A DNA stretch of 64,000 bases from Candidatus Latescibacterota bacterium (lineage in GTDB: Bacteria > Krumholzibacteriota > Krumholzibacteriia > WVZY01), in the NCBI GenBank assembly GCA_963791045.1, contig CAWBQK010000001.1, forward strand, positions 32,001 through 96,000, in the 5' to 3' direction. Shown piece after piece: positions 8,844-20,334 of this stretch (position 1 is the stretch's first letter; every line of letters starts with the position of its first letter). The position numbers were made by a program, and so were the translations under genes. The notes beneath the pieces are model-generated. The model ran no database searches and was not told the origin of the DNA. It saw only the letters and a program-made list of their open reading frames with translations.

Positions 8844-11019
8844 TCACGGTTGATAACCAAATGTCACAAAAAAGCTTCTTCCGGGCAGCGGAAAACCGTT
8901 TACGTCGCTGATCTGGTTGTCTGGTCAGATTGCGCCCTTCGAAAGCCAGCATGACGCCGTTGCCAAGGGGGCGCCATTGGACCGCGGCGTTATGAATCTC
9001 CCGGGCGGGCACCGCCGAATGGTTGGCCGGATCGAGGTAGTTTTCGCCGATGTGATTGAAGTTCGTATGAAAGCTTCCACTTCTCCAACAACACGTCGAA
9101 GGAAAACCCAAGCGTATGCCGGGGCCGCGATGGAAGCTGGTTCCCGTTGTGGTACGGGATCGGCCCCACGTCCTTGCTATCGAGATACGAGTAGTTCCCT
9201 CCGACCCTCAGCCGGTTGCCCACCTGTGACGGCAAAAGAAAATTCCATCCCCCGGATCCGCGCCGCGCCGATATTTTGCGGCCGGGTCGTGAACTGCGAA
9301 TTGGGGAAGAACAAGAATGAGATTGCTCACTTCGTTGTCGAGATAAACCAACTCAACAAATATGTTTCTGAATTTCCAAAAACCGCCGGCATCCGAAATC
9401 ACCGCGCCAATATCCCGATTCAGACCTTCTTCGGGTTCCAGATCGGCGCTTCCCGTAACCGAACCGGTGTTGCCGAACAGTTCGACAAAGGTTGGCAGCG
9501 CGGTAGTAACGCCCCCAGTTGCCTTTGAAGGTGAGAAACGAAGCGGCAAGCCACCGGAATCCGGCGCGCGGCGAGACGTTGTTCCGGGTGACCTCACCCT
9601 GCGGCGTGGGCGGCAGCCACGGAAATCGGGGCGCGATCGTAAAATTCATTGGTGTGCGTCTGGTACCGGCCGGCGGCCGTCAAAACCAGACCAATCCGCT
9701 CGAGAACGACATCGCCCGACACCACACCGGCATAAGAGGTGCGCAGGCGATCGGGTCCGGACGACTGCGACGGGGAGAACGGACTCGGGATGATACTTTT
9801 CGTTTTTTCCCTCGGCGAACAGCTCCAGCCTCAGCGGCAGAGCCGGTGTGTCGAATGTCGACCGCCCCTGCAAACCAGCCGTCCGAAAATCATTGTCGGT
9901 CTCCTGCCGGGTCATGGAGATTTCGCCGTTCGGGTCATTGAACTTCTCGTTCGCCCCGATAAAGAAACCCTGCGCGGCGAATGTCAGGCGGTCGGTGAAT
10001 ACCTCGCCCGGGTCGACCCGGAGGTAAGCCATGTGGCGTTTTCTCGCGCTACGCGCCGTCGTTGCCTGGTGCGAGCCGATTCCCGGAACTCCGCCCTCGC
10101 GCTGGAAATAATTGTAGTTGAGCGATACGTCTCTGAGTACGGGCACCGTGGCGTTCAAACGGCCCATGACATTCCACGCGTCGGAATCATTGTTGATCCG
10201 TTCGGTGGCGTTGTCGTCTCCCGGATTCTCCGGAGTGCCGCCGTCATCGACAAACGTAAAATTGCCGTCGCTCTTAAAATGTCCGCCGTGGGCGAACACC
10301 TTCACGGCGCCCTTCCCCGACCACAACGACAACACCTGGCGTGCCGTGTTGAACGAGCCGTGTGACAACCGCGCTTCCGCCTGGGTCCCCGGCGCTGCGC
10401 TCACGCCGCTCCCCGCGCCGCCCCGCGAGGTCAAGTTGACCGCGCCCCCTATCGCCGACGACCCCAGATGCGGTGGCGTAAAACCGCGATAGACCTCGAT
10501 CGCATTGACGCCGCCCAGCGGCAGATCACCGAGATTCGACATTCCCCCGTAAGCGTCGTTCAACGGAATCCCATCGAGGAAAACATCGACCTGGTTCGAC
10601 GACGATCCCCGGATCGAGACCGTCGCAAAACTTCCCAGACCTCCGTACTGGCGAACGCGAACACCGACGGTCCGTTCGAGCACCGTCGACAAATCGTCGA
10701 CGCGGTGACGCCGCTCGCCCAGATCAAGAACGGCGACAAAACCCGACCGTTTAAAAACGTCATATTGATTTCTTGAAACGCGTGGCGCTTCTACGATAAT
10801 CGCCGGAACCGAAAAGAGACTGTCGAGAACCGTGCCACTGGCGTCGTCCGTCGCCTCGCCGTCCACCGCGTTCGCCGTCGGCAGCGCAAAACACATGAGC
10901 ATCAACATGACCACAAAAAGACGCAACGCGCCCCGGATCACAGCGATGTCAAACGGCGGCCGCCTACGAGCGCACGCCGATCGCACGGGAAATATCAAGA
11001 AAGATTCAGAAGGTATCAC
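8844..11019 (-). CDS. btuB: TonB-dependent receptor, probably cobalamin (BtuB-like); multiple frameshifts
   Basis: Plug motif [36 protein letters not shown]...IEVYRG...[10 protein letters not shown]; barrel fragments in several frames; C-terminus [20 protein letters not shown]; lies under a cobalamin riboswitch. Confidence 0.85.
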
Positions 11020-11065
11020 TCATGTCCCTCCCTCTCGTCCTCGAAGAGGTTTTGGGCGGGGTCGG

Positions 11066-11225
11066 CTTCAGGCAGGTCTCCTGACTCATGGCTCGAACGC
11101 CTCCACCCCCTTCCCAGCGCCGGTTGCGCCAGTGGTATCGGGTGGGCGGCTCGCCAATCACAGTGGCGGGTCCGTGAGGGATTCTCACCCTCTTCCCTAT
11201 CAGCTCCTAATGAGCACCTGAAGTA
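11066..11225 (-). ncRNA. Cobalamin (B12) riboswitch
   Basis: Minus strand: AGGTGC...ATAGGGAA..GGTGAGAATCC..CGGACCCGCCACTGTGA...CCACTGG...GGGAAGG...GAGTCAGGAGACCTGCC (B12 box). Confidence 0.95.
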
Positions 11226-11242
11226 TTTTTATGATCGGTTCG

Positions 11243-11270
11243 ATTCTAGGCAGGCGTGCGTGGGTGTCAA
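11243..11270 (-). promoter_or_regulatory. Sigma70-type promoter of the riboswitch/btuB transcript
   Basis: TTGACA-16 nt-TAGAAT immediately upstream of the riboswitch. Confidence 0.7.
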
Positions 11271-11314
11271 GCAAAAGGCATTCGGGAGAAAAAAAGAAAG
11301 TGTGGACAAAAAAA

Positions 11315-11391
11315 TGGCGCGCCCAGGAGGACTCGAACCCCCAACCTTCTGGTCCGTAGCCAAACGCTCTATCCAATTGAGCTATGGGCGC
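11315..11391 (-). tRNA. tRNA-Arg (ACG)
   Basis: GCGCCCATAGCTCAATTGGATAGAGC...CTACGGA...GGTTCGAGTCC...GGGCGCGCCA; 77 nt with CCA. Confidence 0.97.
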
Positions 11392-11401
11392 GCCCAAGTA
11401 T

Positions 11402-11842
11402 TTATTCGTCCAAAAACGTCGATCTCTTTAGAGTCGGTCCACCCGGCGGTGTAATCGACCCTGCTTCTTTTACGGGTTCGGTTCTCTGCGGCGGTTCGTT
11501 CATCTTCTGCCCATACGCCTCATGAACCTCGGTCTCGAATCGAAGACCGCCGACGGCTCCAGCGATGAGATTAAAAATCAATCCGCCGATCGTGATAAAC
11601 ACCGATCCGATGGTTCCGTAAACCATCGCCGCGACCGGCACCGCGAGAACGCCAAACACAATCCCCAACATCCCCATCTCAGGAAAGTCCTCTCCGAGGA
11701 GCGCCATGTTGAGTCCGCCGGCAAGGACCATCACAGATCCATATATCAACCCGATAACGAAGCCGATGAAAGTGTATATGAAAAACGCGATCTTGAAGAG
11801 CGAAAACAGCTCAATTCGTTTTATTTCTAGACGGGTCCGCAA
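11402..11842 (-). CDS. DUF3566-like membrane protein
   Basis: RLEIKRIELFSLFKIAFF N-terminus, two hydrophobic helices, FNLIAGAVGGLRFE motif; start TTG approximate. Confidence 0.7.
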   Translation of the reverse strand: MRTRLEIKRIELFSLFKIAFFIYTFIGFVIGLIYGSVMVLAGGLNMALLGEDFPEMGMLGIVFGVLAVPVAAMVYGTIGSVFITIGGLIFNLIAGAVGGLRFETEVHEAYGQKMNEPPQRTEPVKEAGSITPPGGPTLKRSTFLDE

Positions 11843-11870
11843 CAGCGAAACCTTTTCATTAAAAAATGAG

Positions 11871-11960
<90 letters not shown>

Positions 11961-11973
11961 AATCGGTTTTTTC

Positions 11974-12060
11974 TGGCGGAGGGCGAGGGATTCGAACCCC
12001 CATGGCTGTTCGCCCGGCGGTTTTCAAGACCGCTGCCTTACCAGTTAGGACTAGCCCTCC
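11974..12060 (-). tRNA. tRNA-Ser (TGA)
   Basis: GGAGGGC...GCGGT-CTTGAAA-ACCGC anticodon arm, long variable arm, GGTTCGAATCC, ends GCCCTCCGCCA. Confidence 0.95.
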
Positions 12061-12237
12061 AGACGTCTCAAGAACTTATTCTATCTTGACTTAGAAGTAA
12101 AGCGCAATTTCCGGGTTTTGGACGGAGACGGCGGAGAAGGGGCCGGGGGCACGTTGCCGCCGGCCCATTCCAGTGCTAAACTAATAGATACAATCTCCCA
12201 AAGATTTCTTCCGACCCACACTCGACGGAGGCACCCC

Positions 12238-12792
12238 ATGCGAACGACATGGCTGTTCCTGGCCCTGACCATTCTGTGCGCCGCATCGACCGTCCAGGCC
12301 CAGGGCGGCACCCTCATGCTTTTCTCCGACCCGAGCGGCCTCGACTGCGACCTCCATGACGATGCTCCGGGACTCTGCACATACTATGTAGTCCACATGG
12401 GAACCGCAGGAGCGACGGCGTCCCAGTTCGCCGCACCGAAACCCGCCTGCCATATGGGGATCTTCCTGTCGGACACAGGGCAATACGCCGTCACGATCGG
12501 TAGCTCACAGACCGGCACGGCAATTGGGTACGGGGCCTGTCTCAGCTCACCCATTCATATTCTCACGATAAACTTTTTTTGCCAGGGTTTGACCGGGGAG
12601 TGCTGCATGTACAGCATCGTGCCCGACCCCAACATCGCGTCGGGTCAGATCGAAGTCGTGGACTGCAGCGAGACCCTCGTGTACGGCTCGGGTGGAACGT
12701 CGGCGGTCAATCCGACCGTCTCGTGCTGTTGCCAGTGCACACCAGCGAAGGAATCTACGTGGGGCAAGGTCAAGTCGCTCTACGTCAACTGA
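12238..12792 (+). CDS. Cys-rich secreted protein with C-terminal STWGKVKSLY tail (paralog 1)
   Basis: GGAGG RBS; signal peptide MRTTWLFLALTILCAASTVQA; 12 Cys in the mature part; ends TPAKESTWGKVKSLYVN*. Confidence 0.85.
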   Translation: MRTTWLFLALTILCAASTVQAQGGTLMLFSDPSGLDCDLHDDAPGLCTYYVVHMGTAGATASQFAAPKPACHMGIFLSDTGQYAVTIGSSQTGTAIGYGACLSSPIHILTINFFCQGLTGECCMYSIVPDPNIASGQIEVVDCSETLVYGSGGTSAVNPTVSCCCQCTPAKESTWGKVKSLYVN

Positions 12793-12866
12793 TTATTTTC
12801 GACGTATTACCAACGAGGACCAGTCGGCGCAAGGCGACGGATGATCCGAGGTTACACCGTCACCAC

Positions 12867-12895
12867 TTGACTTAATGTTAAGCAAATGATATACT
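12867..12895 (+). promoter_or_regulatory. Sigma70-type promoter
   Basis: TTGACT-17 nt-TATACT about 210 nt upstream of the paralog 2 start. Confidence 0.7.
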
Positions 12896-13104
12896 ACGCC
12901 ACCTTCGACCCAGGGGAAAGGCGTTCCAACCCCACGAAAGGGGGTGGTCAACTGCACATCTTCGGGCCTTCCACGCCTTGGCATCCCGGTTAAACTTCCT
13001 CGCCCCACAACTTGCCCGTCATTTCAAACCAGCCTGGCGTTCTTCTCAATCATGTATTGATACGTAGTTTTGTTCTGTTGTTTGGCGACGAAGGAGGATC
13101 TATC

Positions 13105-13658
13105 GTGAAACGCATGCTATTTGTTACGCTGATTCTGGTTGCGGGCGGCAAGTATCGCATTCGCCCAGACCGTGGCTTCAATCGGCATGTTCGGTGACAT
13201 CCAGGCACCGACTGCAACCTTTGGGACAACATCCCGGGGCTTTGCTCCTATTATGCCGTCCATGTGGGCACACCCGGGCGCAACCGCCTGTCAGTTCGCC
13301 GCTCCACAGCCCAGCTGCATTTGGCAATCTGGCTCTCCGACACCGCGATGTTTCCGGTGACAATCGGAAATTCCCAGAACGGGGTGGCCATCGGTTACGG
13401 CGCGTGTCTCGCATCTCCATTGCCGTGCTGTTGGTCAATTATTTCTGTCAGGGACTCACTCCGCCTTGCTGTCGTTACAGGGTCGTTCCGGACCCCAACG
13501 ACCGCACGGGACAAGTGGAGGTCGTCGACTGTAACAACATGCTGCGAACAACCTCCGGATTGTGCGCGATCATCAATCCAACGATCGACTGTCCGTGCTG
13601 GGCAACACCAACAAAAGAAAGCACCTGGGGCAAGGTTAAGTCTCTTTACAGCCAATAG
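13105..13658 (+). CDS. Cys-rich secreted protein with C-terminal STWGKVKSLY tail (paralog 2), frameshifted
   Basis: AAGGAGG RBS + GTG; fragments GATACQFAAPQPSC, WLSDTAMFPVTIGNSQNGVAIGYGACLASP and VNYFCQGLTPPCCRYRVVPDPN...VEVVDC...TPTKESTWGKVKSLYSQ* align with paralog 1. Confidence 0.85.
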
Positions 13659-13683
13659 GAATCGCCGGATCTCCACATTAAAC

Positions 13684-13725
13684 AAAAGACACCCGGCCGT
13701 CCGCGGGCGACCGGGTGTCTTTTTT
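13684..13725. terminator. Bidirectional intrinsic terminator
   Basis: aaaagacacccgg...ccgggtgtctttttt between convergent genes. Confidence 0.8.
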
Positions 13726-13741
13726 GAATCTCAGTAGTCAA

Positions 13742-16700
13742 TTATTTCAATAAAAGCATTTTTCTTGTTTCCACAATTCCGCCGCCCTCCAACCTGTAGA
13801 AATAGATTCCCGTCCCCACCATATTCCCATGGCCGGTCATGCCCATCCCATCGCCGCTCGTATCGACCGGCGGGCAACTCTTCATCGACGAGCACCCTCA
13901 CCAACGCGCCCGTCACGTCATATATCCCAAGCCGCACACCGGCGACGGAATTACCGGAGATATTGAAAACAATCGTGGTCACCGGATTGAAGGGGTTTGG
14001 GTAGTTTTGAAGAAGCCCCGTATCCTCGGTAACAAAATCATCGGGAATATCACGAACAGCCGTCATAACTTCAAATCCAGCCACTCCGTTGCGGTGCACG
14101 TTCGACTGGTATGCGGGCCACGGAACGCTGCCGCTGTCGTAAGTCCCGTCCAGGTCCCACACATACACCCCACGGTCCCACCCCATCGCCACCAGGTCTA
14201 CATCGCCGTCTTCATCGAGGTCGGTGATAAACGGCGCACCGCGGATGGCGTCCTGCGTGGTCACCGGGAACCCGTCGATCTCGTCCCCGAGGATATTGAA
14301 CGCGCGGATAAAGCGCGACTCGTCGCCGAATACGATCTCAGGCACCCCGTCACCGTCGAGGTCGCCAACCACCGGAGACGCTTCGCTGTAATCTTCGGAT
14401 ACGATGACCGGCCATCCCGGATAGTCGTTCCCCTCATGATCGAATATGTAGAGACGCGATTCGAAGCTGTTCCAGCCGTAGACGACGGCCTCAAGCGTCC
14501 CATCGTAATTGAAATCGGCAAACGCAGGAGAAGACGTAAAGAAAATATCCCTCAACGCAACCGTTCGCGGCCATCCGTCGACAACGGTTCCGTCACAATT
14601 CAGAAGATAGACACGCCCATAAGATCCTTTGGACTGCGCCAGAAGTTCGATCTCGCCATCTCCGTCCGCGTCTCCCGCTATGATACTTCCCGCGCTTTCT
14701 CCGTCCATTGCGAACGGCCACCCGGCAACACAGCCGGTGCTGTCGCCGCTGAAAACATAAATACTATCGACGCGCGTCCCGAGCACTATGTCGTCCTTGA
14801 AATCCCCGTCAATGTCACAAAGCGTCGGTGTCTGGTAGTGAAAAATGGTCGCCGGCGTCCGACTGAACACACCATGCGTCGCCGGATTGTCATCGCCGTC
14901 GCGGTACTCCGTCCCGTCCGAATTCCATGCATAAACAACACCCCGAATATCCACCGCGATCACTTCGTAAAACCCATCGCCGTTCAGGTCTCCCGCGACC
15001 GGCGCCGCGCGAAATTCATTCTCCGCGGTTTGCGGCCAACCGGGAAGAAGGTTGCCGTCGTGCGAGACGCAGTAAACCTGATCTGTGTTCAGGTCCGCGG
15101 CGATAATATCAAGACCGGGCACGTTGTCGAGATTGGCGAGGGCGATGGCGGCGTTGAATTGCGCCCCTACCTCGGCCAAAACTCCCCACGTCTGGGGATC
15201 GCTATCCCCGTCGAGGACCTCCTGCCCGTCGTGATGCCACGCGCATATGTGCGCGCTTCCCGCAACCAGTTCGAGGTCACCGTCGCCGTCAATATCACCG
15301 ACGACCGTCGGGCTTGTCGTTGAGACGTCCACCTCCAGCGGCCACCCCACGAGCTGCGGCGGATTGGTGCTCACCGAATACTCCGTGGACGGCGCGCTTT
15401 CGTTCCCCGAACTGTCCACCGCGGTCACCACATAATAATAACGCGTGCTCGCCGACAGTCCCGGATCGATGAACACCGTGTGTTCCAACGGATCGACGGA
15501 AACGAGATCGTAAGGACCACCTTCGCCGAGCGATCGATAGACCTGGTATCGAGACACGTCGGGACTCGGACTCTTCGACCAGTATGTTTTTATACGGTCG
15601 ACGCCAAGACCCGCGTCAAACACAAGATTGGACGGAGGATAAGGTGCGCGGAGCTCGATCGTGTCGACGTACGCGCGGCCAAAGAGATCGGTCACTTCGA
15701 CGACAATATTATTTTCGACGGCCGTATCGGATTCCTCCAGATGGAAACCCGCCGAGTTTTCTCCGCCGGTGAACGGGGCGAGGTCGGGATACCCGGCCGT
15801 CCCCTCGTGAACTATCACCCGTCCACTGAGATCGGTCACGACCGCCGTCAGACCGAAAGCCGTTCCCGTCCCGTAGTTTTTGAGCTTGTAGAAGAGGAGA
15901 AATTCCTCGTTGTTTTCGTTTATACCGTTTCCATTGCCATAGGGCGCGTCATCGGAAATTCGGAGCGTCGTGAGCGCGAGGTCAGGGGCATGAACTTCCC
16001 GCTGGAGGATGTCCTCCCACTTCGGCAACCCGTTATTCTCGATCACAAGATCGAACTGTATTGACCGCGCATCTTCTATCGCTGAATTGAATGTCACTCG
16101 AATCGAGTCTGTTGCCGCCGCGGCCGTCCCCGCCCCGATCACACCAAAAGAAGCCGTGCTGTCGACAACGATCACATCGGCGTCATCACAGCGAAGCGTC
16201 GCCGTCACGCTTCCCGAAGGCGTTCCGCCCGCATTTTTGAGTTCGAGGGCAAAGTCGACCGTCTCTCCCGCATCGATTACACCATCGCCATTGCCAAAGG
16301 TCCCACCAGTCGTGTCATCATCGACCGCGGCCGACGACAGGCTAACGTGCGCCCCGAGAGTCGGATCGACGGTTATCGTTCCCTGGTAACGAACCAGGTT
16401 TAAACCGGTAACCACGACGGAGATTTCCCCCGGCGTGTCCGCCGAAAAATCAAATGTGATACCGCCCATTGCGTCGGTCGCGCCATACTGATAATCATCG
16501 CCGTCTTTCCGAAGACATACAAACGCGGAATCCACGGGAAGCCCGTCCGATGTGACCGCCACAACAAGATTTGTGTTTCCGAGCGCCACATTCGTCGCAT
16601 GGTAAACATTCGGGTGTTTGACGGCACCCGTCCACATCGGCATCTCCGGATCGCCCAGAAGCGTGTATACGTAGTGCGTCCACAGATCGACGTTGTCCGC

Positions 16701-18542
16701 CGACTCCGCCCACGGCGTGCGCGCGGCTCTCGAAAACGTTAACGTCTCGCCGCCCCGAACCACGTTGTGATTGAAAGCGAGGTCGTAGTACGCGTTCATG
16801 TAATGCGAATCGCACGCGGGAAATTCGAGATGACTCGCGCCAACCGTCGCAACCGCGCCCCCGTTCGGATTCGTCAACATGTTCTCGGTAATACACTGGT
16901 AATCGAACGCAGACACTTTACAGTCGACCATGAATATCGTAAAAAGCCGATCGCCGTTCGTCAGCGCGTCTATGTCCGATTGAATAACGCTCTGATCGGC
17001 GCACGAAAAGTTGAATCGGGACCCGTGCCCGACATGATTCACCATGTTGAAACCCGAATCGAGAGAATCGATCATAATTTGCCGGGTCAAATCCACCGCC
17101 CCCGGAAATATCTCGTACGTTTCGTAAGCTCTCGTTCCACGGATCGGCTTGTCGTCCATGAAGAGCACCCACGTCATTTCGGAAATGTCGGCTCCGTTGA
17201 GGGCCATCGGTTCGCCCTCGACCCAATCGGGCGGAAAGAGAACTTCCGCGCCAAACAACACTTTGTCGGTGTATTCAGTGTCCATGGGGGTTTCATACGC
17301 AATTACTTTGTCAATAATAGTCACCGCGTCGACCAGCGTCGATGTCGGCACCCGGCCGACATGCACTTCCGCATAGAGATCGGGGTCGTCAAAATCCGCT
17401 CCGTGCTCTCCCCAATATTCGTCGTTGTTCGAATTCCAGGATCCATCGAGACAGGCGAAATACATGTCGGCGGGTATCTTGACTCCTTCGCCCAGGTATC
17501 GGGTCAACCCATAGCGCACCGGAATGACATCGGTATCCCCGCCGAGCAGGACGAACTCGATTCCCCATTTTTCGTACGCGTCGCGAATAAAGAAGCGAAT
17601 GGTTTCCGCAAGGTCCACACCGTTTATGCAATTCTCCGCAATCCACTCCACAGACCTGACAACCGTCGGAACACCTTTTGATGTTTTCCAGTCCGCGAGA
17701 CGTTCGAACTCGCTCGATAATTCCTCCGTGGTGATTATCAGATAATCCACAGGGCTCCCCTCGATCGAGGGGCTCATCGTCGGGCTAAAACCGCCTTTCG
17801 GCATTTCGACCGCGATACGATCCCCGCCGTAGGAATTAGTGGCCCCCGTATTCACAACGAGAGTTGCCAGGATTCCATCGATCTTCTCCTGGAAATCAGA
17901 ATCGTGCCGCCGTCTTGAAACAGGCGCTTCGCCGGCGGCAGGAGCTGTTGTCACGGCGACCTTGACCGTCTCGTTCAGGTTCAAATCGCCGTTTGACAGA
18001 CGAAGCGGATAAACGGCAAAACTGGCTATCGAATACCCGTGAAGAAATCCCGTTCCCAGATATATACCGTTCGCCGGCGGGTACACGTCGCCTTCGGAAG
18101 AACCGGCGAACAACGGCGTTCCCTTCCCCACCAGTCCATCGATCGTCGAGTACGGAGAAGCGGCCGGGATCGTGACACCGCGCGCGATTGTTTTCTCAGC
18201 GCCCGGCGTGAATGAGTATCCGTCCACCCGATCACCAGGTGGCAAAATAAAGCTCACGATCCGACAGGGCAGGACGGGTCGTCCCGCGTCGCGCACCATC
18301 TCAAACCCTTCTCCTGCAACGCGGACGCGCGACAAATTCCCGCTCGCAACCAAAGTGACATCGTTTTCGGAGAGCGAGACGATGTAATCCAGGTTGGCGG
18401 CCGAAAGAGTGGCCGGGATAAAAGCAAATAAAAGAATGGGAAATAAGACAAGGAGCGTTGGCATCCGTCGCCGCGCGCGGGACGCGCCGCGCGACTCGGA
18501 TCGGCGGACCGAAACCATGTGGACGGAATACACTGACCGCAT
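13742..18542 (-). CDS. C25 (gingipain) family cysteine peptidase with propeptide, Ig/FN3, FG-GAP repeats and FlgD-Ig C-terminal domain
   Basis: DYLIIT..LADWKTSKG, VLLGGDTDVIP, VGRVP, catalytic NHVGHG and VDC, LLGDP; GDIDGDGDLE repeats; NYPNPFNP; a 1-nt shift near 13835 restores GIYFYRL...TRKMLLLK* (stop 13742); real start may be 18464. Confidence 0.9.
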
Positions 18543-18752
18543 GTGCCCCCCAGGTCAGAATCGAGTATTGTGCCTTCTGAATTCTCGACCAACTGCATCG
18601 GTATGCGGGGCAATTATACGCCAAGTTCGAAGAACCGTCAATGTAGTGGGAAAAAAACGATTTTGCGAAGTATTGGTATGTTTTTCCAGTCGAAACGGAT
18701 GGCGAGTTAGGTATCCCGAACCAGCTTTCACCGTGACACCGGTATCTCAACG

Positions 18753-19232
18753 TCAAAGATCCAGCTCCAGATACAGCGCCGCCTCGATGGGGTTGTGACG
18801 ATACGCGACGGGCGCTGAGAAACCAAGCGACCGGTACAGGGCGACGGCCGCCTTCATGTTTTCGACAACGTCGAGCCGCATCTTTTTGTATCCAATCTGC
18901 CGCGCGCGTTCGACCGCCGTTTCGGCGAGCGACCTGCCAATCTTATAACCACGATGCTCCGACTTAACGTACAACCGCTTCATTTCGCAGGAATCATCGT
19001 CAATGCGGCGTATGCCTATACAACCGGAGGGTGCGCCGGCGACAAGCGCCACGAACAAACACCCCGTCGGCGGCGCGTATTCGCCGGGAAACGCCTCCAT
19101 CTCGTCGGCAAACCCCTCAAAGCACAGTTCGAAATCGAGCGACTCGGCATATTCGGTCATCAAGGCTTTTGCGTCATCGATGAAATCTTCGGCCACGGCG
19201 TCCGCGATTCTAACTTCGGGCTTTGAACACAT
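18753..19232 (-). CDS. GNAT family N-acetyltransferase
   Basis: CEMKRLYVKSEHRGYKIGRSL acetyl-CoA motif; AVALYRSLGF. Confidence 0.9.
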   Translation of the reverse strand: MCSKPEVRIADAVAEDFIDDAKALMTEYAESLDFELCFEGFADEMEAFPGEYAPPTGCLFVALVAGAPSGCIGIRRIDDDSCEMKRLYVKSEHRGYKIGRSLAETAVERARQIGYKKMRLDVVENMKAAVALYRSLGFSAPVAYRHNPIEAALYLELDL

Positions 19233-19371
19233 ATTGCTTTATCGTTTCCTCTCGAGGCATTCTTATTTCCCTGTCCTCGTTTTAGCGATCTGTTTATACT
19301 GGTTGCCCGATAGAAAGTCAATCTTTGCATGAGTTCGCCCCAGCCCGGCCAGGCGCAAACACAGTCGCAGA

Positions 19372-20334
19372 TCATCGATGATGGTCGTCGAACAAACCGC
19401 GCTCGGATTCTTCCATTTCTCTGAGCTTGCGCCTGTTCCGGAGCCAGGTGCGGATTATCACGAATACAAACAGAAGGGCGAGAAGAGTGAACAGCGGACC
19501 CGTCTGGAAGAGCATCAAACCCGACCGGTACTTTGACACCAGATGGCCGGAAAACCTCACGTAGTAATCGACCTGTGTCTCTTCCCAGAACACCTCGAAG
19601 GCCTTATCGAAATCCCCCAACGCAGCCACCTCACCCAAAAACAAGGGAACCAGATCCATCTCCCTGTCGAACCTGTGCTGAAACGCCGCGTAAGACACGC
19701 GGTACGCCTCGCGAACCCGCGTCTCATCCGGCGGCAATCGGTCTGATATCTGCGCAAGGTGCGGCGCTCGCCGGCCCCACACCGCTTCCATGAGCCGCCA
19801 GCTCTCCACGACGGACCACTGGTGCGCCTGCCACTGGGCGAGGCCTTCGAGAAACCAGATAGGCATGCGGATGTCCCCCACGCGCTGTGCGAGGAGAATA
19901 TGGGATAATTCATGTGGAATAACCTTCTCAAGCGTATTCCACGCGTTTGACGCTCGTTTGACATCAACGAGCATCACCTGAGCCTCCATAAACGCGAATG
20001 CGACACCCCAGGGCGGAAATTGAACGTTCATCCGCTTGCCGTATTCTTCGAGCTCGGGGATGAGAAAGATGCGAAACGATCCGACCTCGGCGAGGCCCAG
20101 ACCTTTCGCGAGTTCGGGGATGCGTTCCGAACAGATTTCAGCGACACGTTCGGCGACTCTTTGGTCCTCGGCGCGGAATTCGATGGTAACTCCGAAGTCG
20201 TCCAACACTATCAATTTTGGAACGGGGTTCTGGGCTGCGGCACGAAGAGGAAAGACCAACAAAACAAACAAGAATGATGCTTGAAGAGCGATGACCGTAC
20301 TACGGCCGATTCTATTCCGACAGCACGTCATCAA
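19372..20334 (-). CDS. Peptidase MA (gluzincin-like) metallohydrolase with C-terminal TM anchor
   Basis: HELSH zinc motif followed by PIWFLEGLA; signal peptide; C-terminal hydrophobic helix. Confidence 0.8.
   Translation of the reverse strand: MMTCCRNRIGRSTVIALQASFLFVLLVFPLRAAAQNPVPKLIVLDDFGVTIEFRAEDQRVAERVAEICSERIPELAKGLGLAEVGSFRIFLIPELEEYGKRMNVQFPPWGVAFAFMEAQVMLVDVKRASNAWNTLEKVIPHELSHILLAQRVGDIRMPIWFLEGLAQWQAHQWSVVESWRLMEAVWGRRAPHLAQISDRLPPDETRVREAYRVSYAAFQHRFDREMDLVPLFLGEVAALGDFDKAFEVFWEETQVDYYVRFSGHLVSKYRSGLMLFQTGPLFTLLALLFVFVIIRTWLRNRRKLREMEESERGLFDDHHR

Noticed and set aside
11974-12060. Possible selenocysteine tRNA
   Set aside because: The anticodon loop CTTGAAA gives TGA (Ser), not TCA, and the acceptor stem is 7 bp.
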